A stretch of DNA of 64,000 bases from Candidatus Amesbacteria bacterium (GTDB lineage Bacteria; Patescibacteriota; Microgenomatia; CAZETR01; Amesbacteraceae), in NCBI GenBank assembly GCA_027371535.1, contig DAHXMV010000002.1, positions 67,494 through 131,493 of the forward strand, given 5' to 3'. The translations under genes and the position numbers were made by a program. This document shows, piece after piece, positions 44,376 to 55,767 of this stretch; within the stretch, counting starts at the first letter, position 1; each line of letters starts with the position of its first letter. The notes below the pieces were generated by a model that saw only the letters and a list, made by a program, of their open reading frames with translations, did not search any database and had not been told where the DNA came from.

Positions 44376-45294
44376 ACTCAAGAGATTTTTCCAAAAGAGG
44401 CCAGATTTGTTTGCGCATAATAATTCGGGTGGTTTTAACCTCGGAGGTAAGGCCGGGAAGAGATAAGGCATGGGAAAATAAGCCAGCTGAGTCCTTATCT
44501 ATAACCAGGAAGTGGTTAAAACCTTCCAGAATGTCGACCCCGGTAAAAAAGATGTAGTCTAATCCTCTTTCAGCCTTCAATCGTCCTAAAATTTCAAGAA
44601 GCTGAGGTTTGAGGCTGGAGACCAGCTTTTCCAAGTCAACGACTTCTATTTGGGCAATGCCAATAATTTTTCCAGCAATGTTTTTTACAGCAAAATCCTG
44701 AAGAATAACCTGTTCCAAATTTGAGACATTAATTTGGGATTTTGACTGAAACATGTTTTTGATAAAATCCGGCGGCAGGCTGATCTGTTTTTCCAACCAG
44801 GATGCGGCTTTCCTATCCCTGTCAGTGGTAACCGAGTTTTTGAAGTTCACGGTATTTGAAATAATAGCCCCATAAAGAAAGGTAGCGGAAACACGTCCGG
44901 GTTGAATTTGTTTCCTCACAATTTCTTCGGTAATAAGAGTGGCACATGAGCCGACCAGTTCTATGTGACTGACCGCTGAGGTAAATTTTTCCACAAAGAC
45001 TAATTTTCGGTGATCAAATATTTCTTTTACCTGTGCCAGGGGAATTGCCGGATCTATGGCGTCCGGATCCGCAGTATCTACCAATACAAAATCCGAACCG
45101 GTAGGAAAAGAGCCGGTGTGAGGTTTAATCGGAATTCCCCCAAGATAGTCCTTCAAAAATTTGACTTCCAAACCCAAATCTCCGTAGTAAACCGGGATAG
45201 CTGACAGGTGCTGTTTAGTTAAAAGTTCGGCGTAGGCAATGGTGCAAGCTATCCCGTCAAGATCCGGGCTTTTATAAGATGTCACGAAAGTCAT
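44296..45294 (-). CDS. ppaC: Manganese-dependent inorganic pyrophosphatase (DHH family)
   Basis: SPDLDG, LVD, IFDHR, VGSCATL, AIISNT, QIE, IMRKQI. Confidence 0.85.
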   Translation of the reverse strand: MTFVTSYKSPDLDGIACTIAYAELLTKQHLSAIPVYYGDLGLEVKFLKDYLGGIPIKPHTGSFPTGSDFVLVDTADPDAIDPAIPLAQVKEIFDHRKLVFVEKFTSAVSHIELVGSCATLITEEIVRKQIQPGRVSATFLYGAIISNTVNFKNSVTTDRDRKAASWLEKQISLPPDFIKNMFQSKSQINVSNLEQVILQDFAVKNIAGKIIGIAQIEVVDLEKLVSSLKPQLLEILGRLKAERGLDYIFFTGVDILEGFNHFLVIDKDSAGLFSHALSLPGLTSEVKTTRIIMRKQIWPLLEKSLESTSNLKLVPDRSLSRPDVSPDVNVAQ

Positions 45295-45297
45295 AAA

Positions 45298-45762
45298 TTA
45301 AGTCCTCAGGGTGGCACAGAGAGAATCGGGGTTTAAAAGTAAATCGAGAGCGTCGTTGATAGACGGTACCAAAACATCTATGTATTTTAATATTTCTATG
45401 TGAATACCCTCTGCCTGAAGGGTTCCAATACGTAACTTTACATTCTTAAAGGTACCGATATCTATCCGGGCATTCCCAATGGAAACAGTATGTTCCGGAT
45501 TAAGTTTGGCAGTTAAATCAGCTTTTTCTTCCATATTTACTGCTTTCTGAAGATCTATTCCCAAATCTGTGGCTATTTTTTCGGCAGTCCCCCGCTGGTC
45601 ACCGGAAAAAAGGTAAATTTTAAAACCGAAGGCTTTTAATTTGTTCACATGTTCTCTTACACCTTCTGGAACTTGGCCATTTACAGAAAGAGTACCGTTT
45701 AAATCTAAAACAACAGTATCCAGCTCAAAAGGCGTAACTCCTTTGGGTTCATAACGTATCAT
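45298..45762 (-). CDS. HAD hydrolase, soluble P-type ATPase-like
   Basis: VLDLNGTL, FSGD, IGNARID; ATG 45762 chosen over TTG 45771. Confidence 0.85.
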   Translation of the reverse strand: MIRYEPKGVTPFELDTVVLDLNGTLSVNGQVPEGVREHVNKLKAFGFKIYLFSGDQRGTAEKIATDLGIDLQKAVNMEEKADLTAKLNPEHTVSIGNARIDIGTFKNVKLRIGTLQAEGIHIEILKYIDVLVPSINDALDLLLNPDSLCATLRT

Positions 45763-45779
45763 TTGGGACAATTTTATCG

Positions 45780-46325
45780 TTAAATGAATGGTTTGGCTAA
45801 CAGGAGGCCGATTAAAGTGAGAGCTGAGGGGGTCTGATTATTTACCATCAGATCATAAGCTTCGGTATAAGGGAGAATTCTAATCTCTATCAATTCATCC
45901 GGGTCCGGTGGTAAGGCTCCGGTTCTTAAGTCCCTGGCCAAAATAACATGATAGGTGCAAGCCATATGGATAGAGGGGCGAAAATTGGCTAATAATTCTA
46001 ATTTACCAGCTGATAAACTAATTTCTTCCTGTATTTCGCGGTTGGCATTTTGTAATATCTGCTCATTTGTGGAACCCAAGCCTTCTACCCCGCCGGCCGG
46101 CAGTTCCCAAACATAATCTTTTACCGCCGGACGCCACTGACGGACACAGTAAATGTGATTTTGGTCATTTATAGCTACAATTGTGACCACATCCCGGGTT
46201 TTAATATATTGCCAAACCACTTCCTGACCTTCCGGAGTTTTGACAGTGGCATCTACCAACTGGTGTTTACGATTTTTAGGAGATGAAATAGCCTCCTCAT
46301 TAAGAATTTTGTAACCAGATGACAT
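45780..46325 (-). CDS. NUDIX hydrolase (ADP-ribose pyrophosphatase-like)
   Basis: VRQWR, WELPAGG ... ANREIQEE, DPDELIE. Confidence 0.9.
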   Translation of the reverse strand: MSSGYKILNEEAISSPKNRKHQLVDATVKTPEGQEVVWQYIKTRDVVTIVAINDQNHIYCVRQWRPAVKDYVWELPAGGVEGLGSTNEQILQNANREIQEEISLSAGKLELLANFRPSIHMACTYHVILARDLRTGALPPDPDELIEIRILPYTEAYDLMVNNQTPSALTLIGLLLAKPFI

Positions 46326-46347
46326 TTAGGTGATTTTAACAGAAGTT

Positions 46348-48293
<1,946 letters not shown>

Positions 48294-48303
48294 AAATTTT
48301 TGA

Positions 48304-48358
48304 TTAGCAGGACGCTTACTAGACTGCTAGTATATAAAATGGCCCCAATTATTGTCAA
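48304..48358 (-). promoter_or_regulatory. CIRCE operator and promoter of groES-groEL
   Basis: Minus strand CTAGCAGTC-N9-TCCTGCTAA at 48330-48304; TTGACA (48358-48353) with TATACT 18 nt downstream. Confidence 0.85.
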
Positions 48359-48771
48359 GAGGGAATTTTATCTGTTAAGCTGTCAAAATATTTTTTAATA
48401 ATTTCTTTGTGCCCAAATGCAATTTCCGTGCGAGACAAACCGTCTTTATCTATATATGTAGCTTCTTCTATTTTATCTTTCTTTAAATTTAGAGTGCCAA
48501 ACACTTCCCCTATAAAATAGAGAGTATGCCAAAACTGACCAAGTATCGTTTGATCATTTATTTCCTCGATAAATAATCTGGGATGCTTAAAATCCAAATC
48601 CGTCTCTTCTTTAACTTCCCTTTCTACCACATCCTCATTCGTCTCTCCCTGATTTGGCTTTCCACCTATCAGGGCATATTTTCCCTGCTCGATTCCCCTA
48701 CTCCTTTTACCCAATAATACTTTACCGTCTGAAACTAACAAGGCTCGAACCGCAAACCTTTCAGTTACAAT
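48355..48771 (-). CDS. NUDIX hydrolase with a probable ATT start codon
   Basis: Nudix box GGKPNQGETNEDVVEREVKEET; frame open upstream of TTG 48741 (IVTERFAVRALL) up to a stop at 48783-48781. Confidence 0.8.
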   Translation of the reverse strand: MVTERFAVRALLVSDGKVLLGKRSRGIEQGKYALIGGKPNQGETNEDVVEREVKEETDLDFKHPRLFIEEINDQTILGQFWHTLYFIGEVFGTLNLKKDKIEEATYIDKDGLSRTEIAFGHKEIIKKYFDSLTDKIPS

Positions 48772-48798
48772 TGCCAGATTTTATCACCAAACAAGAGT

Positions 48799-49818
48799 TC
48801 AACTTAGGCGGGCAAGGTCGGAGGTGACCATCATTTTTATCAGTTGTTTAAAGTCGGTTTTAGGCTTCCAACCCAGAGTCTTTTTAATTTTGGAATAGTC
48901 CCCTACCAGCGGTCCGGTTTCCGTCGGTCTGACCCATTCCGGGTTGACGACGACATAATCCCGCCAGTTAAGGTCCAGTTGGGAAAAGGCTTCCTCACAC
49001 AATTCTCTGACTGTATGAGTTACTCCGGTAGCGACGACAAAGTCGTCGGGGCGGTCATGATTCAGGATCATCCACATAGCTGAGACATAATCACCGGAAA
49101 AACCCCAGTCCCTTTTGGCATCCAAATTCCCCAACTCAAGTTTGCCCTGGGCATTAACTACCGGGCGGCCGCCCTGCCCGATGGGAATACGCTGGTCCTT
49201 TAAACCCAATTTAATAGCCGCTGCGGCCAAACTGACTTTCCGGGTGACAAAATCGGGGCTACGTCTGGGACTTTCATGATTGAACATAATGCCGGTACTG
49301 ATAAACAAACCGAAAGACTGGCGATAAATCTGGGCATCAAAATGGGCCAGGGCTTTGGCAGCAGCGTAAGGATTGGCCGGATGTATTGGGGTATCTTCAT
49401 TTTGGGGAATAATTTTGGTTTCACCAAAAAGCTCGCTGGTGCTGGCCTGGTAGACATGGCTTTTAGGAACCACGTTTCTGACTGCTTCGAAAATCCGGAT
49501 AGCGCCTAACCCTGTCTGATCGGCTGTCGCCAAGGGCTGAAGCCAGGATTCGTGCACGTGGGACTGGGCACCCAAGTTATAAATTTCGTCCGGCTGGATT
49601 TTGGCCAGATACATGGAAATACAAGCAGGATCAGCCAGGTCGCCAAAGATAAAATTGAGGCTATGGCGAAGATGGGCGACGTTACCGTAACTGGGATTGC
49701 TGTTTCTTCTCAAAAGGCCATAAATCCGGTAGTTTTTTTCCAATAAATACTCCGCCAGATACGAGCCGTCCTGACCGGTGATGCCGGTAATAAAAGCGGT
49801 TTTATTTTTTTGGGACAT
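48799..49818 (-). CDS. gmd: GDP-mannose 4,6-dehydratase
   Basis: AFITGITGQDGSYLAEYLL, YNLGAQSHV, YQASTSELFG, FNHESPRR, LGNLDAKRDWG. Confidence 0.97.
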   Translation of the reverse strand: MSQKNKTAFITGITGQDGSYLAEYLLEKNYRIYGLLRRNSNPSYGNVAHLRHSLNFIFGDLADPACISMYLAKIQPDEIYNLGAQSHVHESWLQPLATADQTGLGAIRIFEAVRNVVPKSHVYQASTSELFGETKIIPQNEDTPIHPANPYAAAKALAHFDAQIYRQSFGLFISTGIMFNHESPRRSPDFVTRKVSLAAAAIKLGLKDQRIPIGQGGRPVVNAQGKLELGNLDAKRDWGFSGDYVSAMWMILNHDRPDDFVVATGVTHTVRELCEEAFSQLDLNWRDYVVVNPEWVRPTETGPLVGDYSKIKKTLGWKPKTDFKQLIKMMVTSDLARLS

Positions 49819-49837
49819 ATGGGGAATATAGATGATA

Positions 49838-50668
49838 TCACACCACGCCAGTCCGCGGATGGAAAAAGGCGTAACCAAGGCCGATTTTTTCCGCGGTTAA
49901 ACGGGGGCGCATATAGACATACTGCATAGTAAATAAGAATAAATTTATTAAATAAAGTATGAAATCAAAGATTGATTTTTGATTTTCGATATATGATTTA
50001 TGAGAAGCCAAATTCTTAAGAGATTGGCGATACGCGATTGGTAAAAAGTCCCGAGCCCAGGAGTTGGACATTAATAACTGCTTATATATTCCCCCGCTGT
50101 CATACAGACATTTAGCCTGGAGAAGCTCATGAGCGGTAAACAAGTTACGGTTAAACAATGCCAGATGATCTGTGTCCAGCCAGAGATTATCGCAAATTTT
50201 ATCAGAAACCCTGGCTGAGGAATGTTCGGGTAAATGCGGATCACGCCTCCATTTTTTAATCCGTAAGAGGAGAATAACAAGCAGCCGGGTAATCCAGAGG
50301 GAGTTTTCACTGACAACGATAAAGATATCAATGTCATCATCCGGCGGGCTATTTTGCATGGCTAAGGCACCGGTAATGAAAATCGCCCTAACAAAAGGGA
50401 ATTTCTGAATTAGATTGACAACTCTTTGGGCTTTGACTAATTTTGCCCGGCTAATACGATTACGAGACCGGCGAACAGTCATCAAGGCCTCCCTACCGGT
50501 AAGATAGTAATATGCGGCAACCGGAGAGAGGAATTTTTTAAGGCCAGAGTAACTGATGACAGGGTTTTCCTGCCAATACCAGATCTCCCTGAGGGTCAGC
50601 GGGTAATTAAATTTATCAAAATAGCCTAAAACCCGGTTAACCGACTCACTGTCCGGGGTTAATACCAT
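49838..50668 (-). CDS. Hypothetical protein with a nucleotidyltransferase (Pol-beta-like) motif
   Basis: FVRAIFITGALAMQNSPPDDDIDIFIV resembles hG[GS]x9-13DhDh; N-terminal YFDKFNYPLTLREI. Confidence 0.7.
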   Translation of the reverse strand: MVLTPDSESVNRVLGYFDKFNYPLTLREIWYWQENPVISYSGLKKFLSPVAAYYYLTGREALMTVRRSRNRISRAKLVKAQRVVNLIQKFPFVRAIFITGALAMQNSPPDDDIDIFIVVSENSLWITRLLVILLLRIKKWRRDPHLPEHSSARVSDKICDNLWLDTDHLALFNRNLFTAHELLQAKCLYDSGGIYKQLLMSNSWARDFLPIAYRQSLKNLASHKSYIENQKSIFDFILYLINLFLFTMQYVYMRPRLTAEKIGLGYAFFHPRTGVV

Positions 50669-52277
50669 ACGCGGATAATATCTTATTTATTTCCGTGGAC
50701 AAAGATGCGGTTGACCGGGTACCACCAATCGCCTGAGAAAACAAATTGGAGAGTTGTGTATTTATCCCCTGATCACCGTCCCTGGTAAAAGAAGCCAAAT
50801 ACCATGACTGGGAAATGGGGGCCTGGGCAACAAATGTGGCGGCATATTTATCGGTCTTTAATGAGTCAGCCAAGTCAGTCCGGCTGTAGGGTTCACCAAA
50901 AGGCCTCTGGGGACCAATTTCCTGGTGATAAAGTTTGGTCATAACATCGGCAGATGAGAGATATTTTAATAATTCCCAAGCCTGTTTAGAATTGGGACTG
51001 GCAGCGTTTACCCCCTCAACCCAATAGGTGGCATAGGTGACCGGAGATTCACCAAGAGTTTTATCCACAGGTAATTGAGGAACCGGGTGGATGGAGAAGT
51101 TTAATTTAGGGTTTAAGGACTGGATGTCAATAACTCTCCACGACGGACCAAAATAAATACCGACCTTACCGGTGGCAAAATCGGTAGTTGAGTTTGGCAG
51201 GTGGGGATCCCAAACATGATAGTTGTCCACAAAATCGTTGAAGTATTGGAAGACGTCTCCGACAGCGTTCGGGGCCTGGTTGGGATTATTCAAATTGACA
51301 TTATTTTGTAAAAGGAGGGTGGCAATAATATCTTCCCAATGGTCAACATTTTGAGTCGATCCCAAGGCAACCCCGGAAATCAAAATCGGACCCCCAAAAT
51401 GACAGTTGCCGGTGGGGTTGTCACACTTGGACATAGCTACTGCCGCATCACGCAACTGGTCCCAGTTTTGAGGAACCGTCTGACCTGACTGCTGAAGAAT
51501 GTCATCGTTTATAAACATGGCTATACCTTCTGTTTCCATAGGTACGGCTACATAATTTCCATTAACTTTTAAATCTTTTGCTGTTGTGGGGTAAAAAGTT
51601 TTCCGATAATCATCAGGAGAATATATGCTGGCCGGAACCGGGGAAAGGTAATTACTAAAAGGATGAACCCAGGTGTCATTGATACGAAATATATCGGGAC
51701 CTTTTTTCTGATTCAGGGCAGCTTGCAGCCGTTCACGATATTCTATGGGCGATTGCATTGTATAAACGACCTTAATGCCGGGGTGGGTTTTTTCAAAATC
51801 ACTCAGAATCGGGCCCATGACTGATTGAGGCTCCCATAAACCCCAATAAGTTAAAGTGACCGTACCCAGACCGGGAACTACTTTGCCTGCAAGGCCGGAA
51901 ATAAATGCCAGCCCGATTAAAATTACCAATCCCAGTATGGTGAAAATAGCTACCACCGAACCAACAGACTTATGTTTAGGTGCCGGGGCAGAAGCAGGCG
52001 GAGAGGTTTCGGGGGCAACAACCGGCGGAGGGACAACCGGAGGCGGGGGCGGGGCAGCTGGAGAAACGGCCGGTGTCTGAGCTGGATTTTTACCTGTTTG
52101 GGACTGAAAAAAGGAGATGTCTTCCAGAACGGTTTGACTGGTAGGGTCGGGTGACTTCCCCTGAGCCAAATCCGAAGCCAATGACTGACCGACCCGGGTA
52201 ATTTTATCAGTTAAAGGACTGGGGTTATCAGAAGCCGGGGTTGCGGTACCGAGAGCTGGGGGAATAGGGTCTGCCAT
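50646..52277 (-). CDS. Extracellular solute-binding protein (sugar ABC type) with a Pro-rich N-terminus and TM anchor
   Basis: LTYWGLWE, FEKTHPGIKV, GPDIF, VPQNWDQL, FATGKVGIYFGPSW, AWELLKYL. Confidence 0.88.
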   Translation of the reverse strand: MADPIPPALGTATPASDNPSPLTDKITRVGQSLASDLAQGKSPDPTSQTVLEDISFFQSQTGKNPAQTPAVSPAAPPPPPVVPPPVVAPETSPPASAPAPKHKSVGSVVAIFTILGLVILIGLAFISGLAGKVVPGLGTVTLTYWGLWEPQSVMGPILSDFEKTHPGIKVVYTMQSPIEYRERLQAALNQKKGPDIFRINDTWVHPFSNYLSPVPASIYSPDDYRKTFYPTTAKDLKVNGNYVAVPMETEGIAMFINDDILQQSGQTVPQNWDQLRDAAVAMSKCDNPTGNCHFGGPILISGVALGSTQNVDHWEDIIATLLLQNNVNLNNPNQAPNAVGDVFQYFNDFVDNYHVWDPHLPNSTTDFATGKVGIYFGPSWRVIDIQSLNPKLNFSIHPVPQLPVDKTLGESPVTYATYWVEGVNAASPNSKQAWELLKYLSSADVMTKLYHQEIGPQRPFGEPYSRTDLADSLKTDKYAATFVAQAPISQSWYLASFTRDGDQGINTQLSNLFSQAIGGTRSTASLSTEINKILSAYGINPGQ

Positions 52278-52348
52278 ATAAGATTAAAAATAAATATCCA
52301 TTTAGAGTATACAATAAGTATAATATACATTTATCAAATTCGACAAAT

Positions 52349-54100
52349 ATGAATCTGAAAATCAGAAATGTGGTTTTTGGAATCGGAGTGGGCATCATTA
52401 CTGTAATATCAATTATCGGGATTCTGTTTGAGATCAGATTCTGGTACAGAGTGTATCCAGGGATAAATATAAGCGGTATAGATGTCGGAGGACAGAATTT
52501 GAAACAAACTGCACAGGCAATACTGCGACAGACTGCCATCATAAAACAAATAAAGCTGAAGTGGGGTGTAAATGAATGGTATGAGACTTTATCCAATATG
52601 GGGGTGGTTTATGACGTTAACAAATCGGTTGAGGAAGCGCTGGAAGTAGGGAGAACCGGAGATTTTTTAAAAGATTTTAATTCCAAAGTAAGGGCAGTCA
52701 CCGGAGGGGTGAAACTGGAACCGGTTTGGAGCTGGGATAAAAACAGTGTGGATATGGCAGTGGCTTCGGTGGCAGCCCAGATAGATATTCCCGTCCAAGA
52801 CCCAGCAATTCAGAGAGACAAAACCAACCAGACAGTAGTGGTTAATACCGGAGAAAACGGACAACAGGTTGACCAAAATTTACTAAAACTAAAAATTCAA
52901 AATTCATTGGATAATTGGGGAATCGGGACAGTAGATATTCCGGTAGTAGAACTTAAACCAAAATTAACCATCGAACAAGCAAACCTGGTTAAAAACAAGG
53001 CCCTGTCCTTGTTAGGGAAAAAGATCGTACTTCAGTTTCCTGATAACAAACAGAGTTGGATAATAAATGATGACCAATTGTTAACCTGGCTAGATCTGCA
53101 AAGCGGAGAAGGTAAAAAATCGGCTATAAAGGATTGGGTGACAGAACTGGCCCAAACAGTCAACCGTGACCCGCAAAATGCAACTTTCAGATTTATCGGA
53201 CAGGGAAGGGTGGAAGAGTTTACCCCGGCCAAGAACGGAGTGACAGTACTTCAAGAGGAAACTACAGATCTGATAGCCGGGGCCATGGATAAGATGGTTG
53301 ACGGGGTAAATGAACAAGATATAGATCTGGCTGTGAGTTACACACCCCCGGACATAAAGACCGAAGATGTAAACAATCTGGGGATAAAGGAACTCATCGG
53401 CAAGGGGGAATCCTGGTTTAAAGGCTCAATCGACAACAGGATATTTAATCTGAAGAAGGCCGCCCTCTCAATTAACGGTGTACTTGTGGCTCCGGGGGAA
53501 ATCTTTTCGTTCAATAAAACCGTGGGCGAGGTATCCCAAAGCACGGGTTATAAACAAGCATATGTGATTAAAGAGGGGAAAACTGTCCTGGGGGACGGGG
53601 GCGGGGTTTGCCAAGTTTCTACTACCCTTTTCAGGGCTGTACTTGCAACGGGACTTCCGATAATAGAAAGGGCGGCACATGCATACAGAGTCAGTTATTA
53701 CGAAGTCAATTATCAACCCGGTTTTGACGCTACCGTGTTTCAGCCAAGCCCGGATTTTAAATTCCGAAACGATACCAGCAATTATATTCTGATTCAGACG
53801 GTTTACGACGAAAAAGCCCAGTATCTGTCTTTTGAACTTTATGGTACAAGCGACGGCAGAAAAGTGGAAATATCCAAAGCCAGAATCTGGGACGTGACCC
53901 CTCCCCCGCCCGATTTATTCCAGGATGATCCCACATTACCGTCAGGAAAAGTAGTACAGACAGAGCATGCTACCTGGGGAGCTAAGGTAGCATTCGACTG
54001 GAAAGTCACCAGAGGAGGCGTGGTACTGCAACAAAAAACTTTTTATACCAACTATCAGCCTTGGCAGGCGGTATTTTTGAGGGGGACTAAACCAAATTAG
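52349..54100 (+). CDS. VanW-family protein with PG_binding_4 domains
   Basis: VYPGINISGIDVGG, NGVLVAPGEIFSFN, GGGVCQVSTTLFRA, IERAAH, GFDATV, DFKFRNDT. Confidence 0.93.
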   Translation: MNLKIRNVVFGIGVGIITVISIIGILFEIRFWYRVYPGINISGIDVGGQNLKQTAQAILRQTAIIKQIKLKWGVNEWYETLSNMGVVYDVNKSVEEALEVGRTGDFLKDFNSKVRAVTGGVKLEPVWSWDKNSVDMAVASVAAQIDIPVQDPAIQRDKTNQTVVVNTGENGQQVDQNLLKLKIQNSLDNWGIGTVDIPVVELKPKLTIEQANLVKNKALSLLGKKIVLQFPDNKQSWIINDDQLLTWLDLQSGEGKKSAIKDWVTELAQTVNRDPQNATFRFIGQGRVEEFTPAKNGVTVLQEETTDLIAGAMDKMVDGVNEQDIDLAVSYTPPDIKTEDVNNLGIKELIGKGESWFKGSIDNRIFNLKKAALSINGVLVAPGEIFSFNKTVGEVSQSTGYKQAYVIKEGKTVLGDGGGVCQVSTTLFRAVLATGLPIIERAAHAYRVSYYEVNYQPGFDATVFQPSPDFKFRNDTSNYILIQTVYDEKAQYLSFELYGTSDGRKVEISKARIWDVTPPPPDLFQDDPTLPSGKVVQTEHATWGAKVAFDWKVTRGGVVLQQKTFYTNYQPWQAVFLRGTKPN

Positions 54101-54681
54101 TAGGAAGCTCCCCGAAAATCCGGGCAGTTGAGTTTGGCCCATTGTAAATATTCAGGAGCACAGGCCGGAGAACGCGGTCCGAGACCGGGCATACAGTTTA
54201 CCCATGGTTTTTGCGGACAGGTGTATTTTGAAGAGAGCTGGACGGGTATTTCCAGACTTTTCTGATTCTGCGGCAGGCCGCTGGGATTATCATTCCGGAG
54301 AACTAAAAAACCGGACTTGTCCGAGGCAGAAAAATTAAACGTTTGATCAAAAGATAGTACACTTTTCTGGTGACTCGGGTCAGCTTCAACATGAACGGGA
54401 GCGTGCAGAATTTCGCGACGACGACTGTCGAGTAAAAACAGCTGAAACTGGCCTTCAAAAACCCAGTTGGCAGGAACGTAGCCCTTGAGAGTCAGGGGGG
54501 AAGTCACAGTGCTTCCGGAAGAAAGGTTTTGGAGAAAGGGCTGGTTTAAGTCAACCGGGCTAGGGGTGATATTTTGGACAGAATGGGTAATCCAATGTAA
54601 ATTAAGGGGGTTTTTTTGATAAAGGTAGTATCCTCCAAAAAACATAACCAGAATTAATACGGCAAGCAAGTCCCTTAGCAT
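54097..54681 (-). CDS. Gmad2 immunoglobulin-like domain protein with a Cys-rich tail
   Basis: TM helix, VTSPLTLKG, WVFEGQF, NDNPSGLPQ; tail CPQKPWVNCMP ... C ... NCP; ATG 54681 lies 7 nt after TATACT. Confidence 0.8.
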   Translation of the reverse strand: MLRDLLAVLILVMFFGGYYLYQKNPLNLHWITHSVQNITPSPVDLNQPFLQNLSSGSTVTSPLTLKGYVPANWVFEGQFQLFLLDSRRREILHAPVHVEADPSHQKSVLSFDQTFNFSASDKSGFLVLRNDNPSGLPQNQKSLEIPVQLSSKYTCPQKPWVNCMPGLGPRSPACAPEYLQWAKLNCPDFRGASY

Positions 54682-54703
54682 CAGATAAAGTATAATTGGC
54701 GGG

Positions 54704-55747
54704 ATGAAAATTGTAAAACAACAACAAGCTGTTACCCATGAAATTGGTAAAATATTAGATTTGGGAGGATTGGTAATTTTTCCTTGCGAAACGGTATATG
54801 GAGCTGCCGTAGACGCGACTAATAAACGGGCAGTGGGCAAACTGGGTGTTTACAAACAACGACTTTTTGGAAAGCCTTATTCTATTATGTGCTCAGGCCA
54901 GGATATGGCGGAAAAATACGCTAATCTTAATAACCAAGCCATTAAATTATATAAAAATTTTTTACCTGGCCCATTAACTATAATATCCAGTGGAAAACAT
55001 ATATTAGCACCCGGAGTAGAATCGGAAATTGGAACGATTGGGGTCCGGATCCCCGATTACCCATTTTTATTGAAGTTAATCAGAGAATTCGGAAAACCGC
55101 TCACTGCCACGTCGGCCAATGCCGGCTATAAAAAAAGACCATATACAATTTCAGATGTTCTGGATAATCTTTCAGAGAAACAAAAAGGACTGATTGACCT
55201 GATTATTGATGCGGGTAAACTTCCCCATAATGAACCCTCTACGGTCATTGACACGACTTTAGACGATCCGGTGATCCTGAGACAGGGGACAATAAGATTT
55301 ACAAGTCATAACTCAATACTCACCAGGAGTGAAGAGGAAACAAAAAACTGCGGGAAAGAGTTGTGGCAAAAATTTGAAAAATTTTCAAGCCAGCGGGCGA
55401 TTATCTTTGCCCTGGAAGGACCGATGGGGGCAGGAAAAACGGCGTTGACAAAAGGTTTGGCAAAAGCCATTGGAATTGAAGAAGATGTGGTCTCACCAAC
55501 ATATAATCTGGAACTGGACTACGGCAGGTTAAAACATTTCGATGCCTGGAGAATGCAAAACGGAGAAGAATTGGAAAATCTTGGACTGAATGGGTTAATC
55601 AATGACAAATCGATAATTGTAGTGGAATGGGCCGACAGGGCAGCTGAAGTGATTCGAAAATATAATGAGGAAGCGGTGGTGGTATGGGTGAGAATTAAGT
55701 ACGAAAAAATGGAGAATGAACGAAACATATCCTGGGGAACTCTATAA
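54704..55747 (+). CDS. Fusion of TsaC/Sua5 (threonylcarbamoyl-AMP synthase) and TsaE (ATPase)
   Basis: N-terminal FPCETVYG, FLPGPLT, GVRIPD, TATSAN, PSTVID, LRQG; C-terminal GPMGAGKT, VSPTY, HFDAWR, IVVEWAD; one uninterrupted frame. Confidence 0.93.
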   Translation: MKIVKQQQAVTHEIGKILDLGGLVIFPCETVYGAAVDATNKRAVGKLGVYKQRLFGKPYSIMCSGQDMAEKYANLNNQAIKLYKNFLPGPLTIISSGKHILAPGVESEIGTIGVRIPDYPFLLKLIREFGKPLTATSANAGYKKRPYTISDVLDNLSEKQKGLIDLIIDAGKLPHNEPSTVIDTTLDDPVILRQGTIRFTSHNSILTRSEEETKNCGKELWQKFEKFSSQRAIIFALEGPMGAGKTALTKGLAKAIGIEEDVVSPTYNLELDYGRLKHFDAWRMQNGEELENLGLNGLINDKSIIVVEWADRAAEVIRKYNEEAVVVWVRIKYEKMENERNISWGTL

Positions 55748-55767
55748 ATTTTAATTAACTTGATCCA

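Noticed and set aside
52278-52348. AT-rich intergenic stretch as a replication origin
   Set aside because: Only about 70 bp, no clustered DnaA boxes (TTATCCACA), no dnaA or dnaN nearby; better read as a divergent promoter region.
52349-54100. VanW and FemABX genes as an antibiotic-resistance cluster
   Set aside because: No vanHAX or vanRS genes; both families are common cell-wall genes outside resistance loci.
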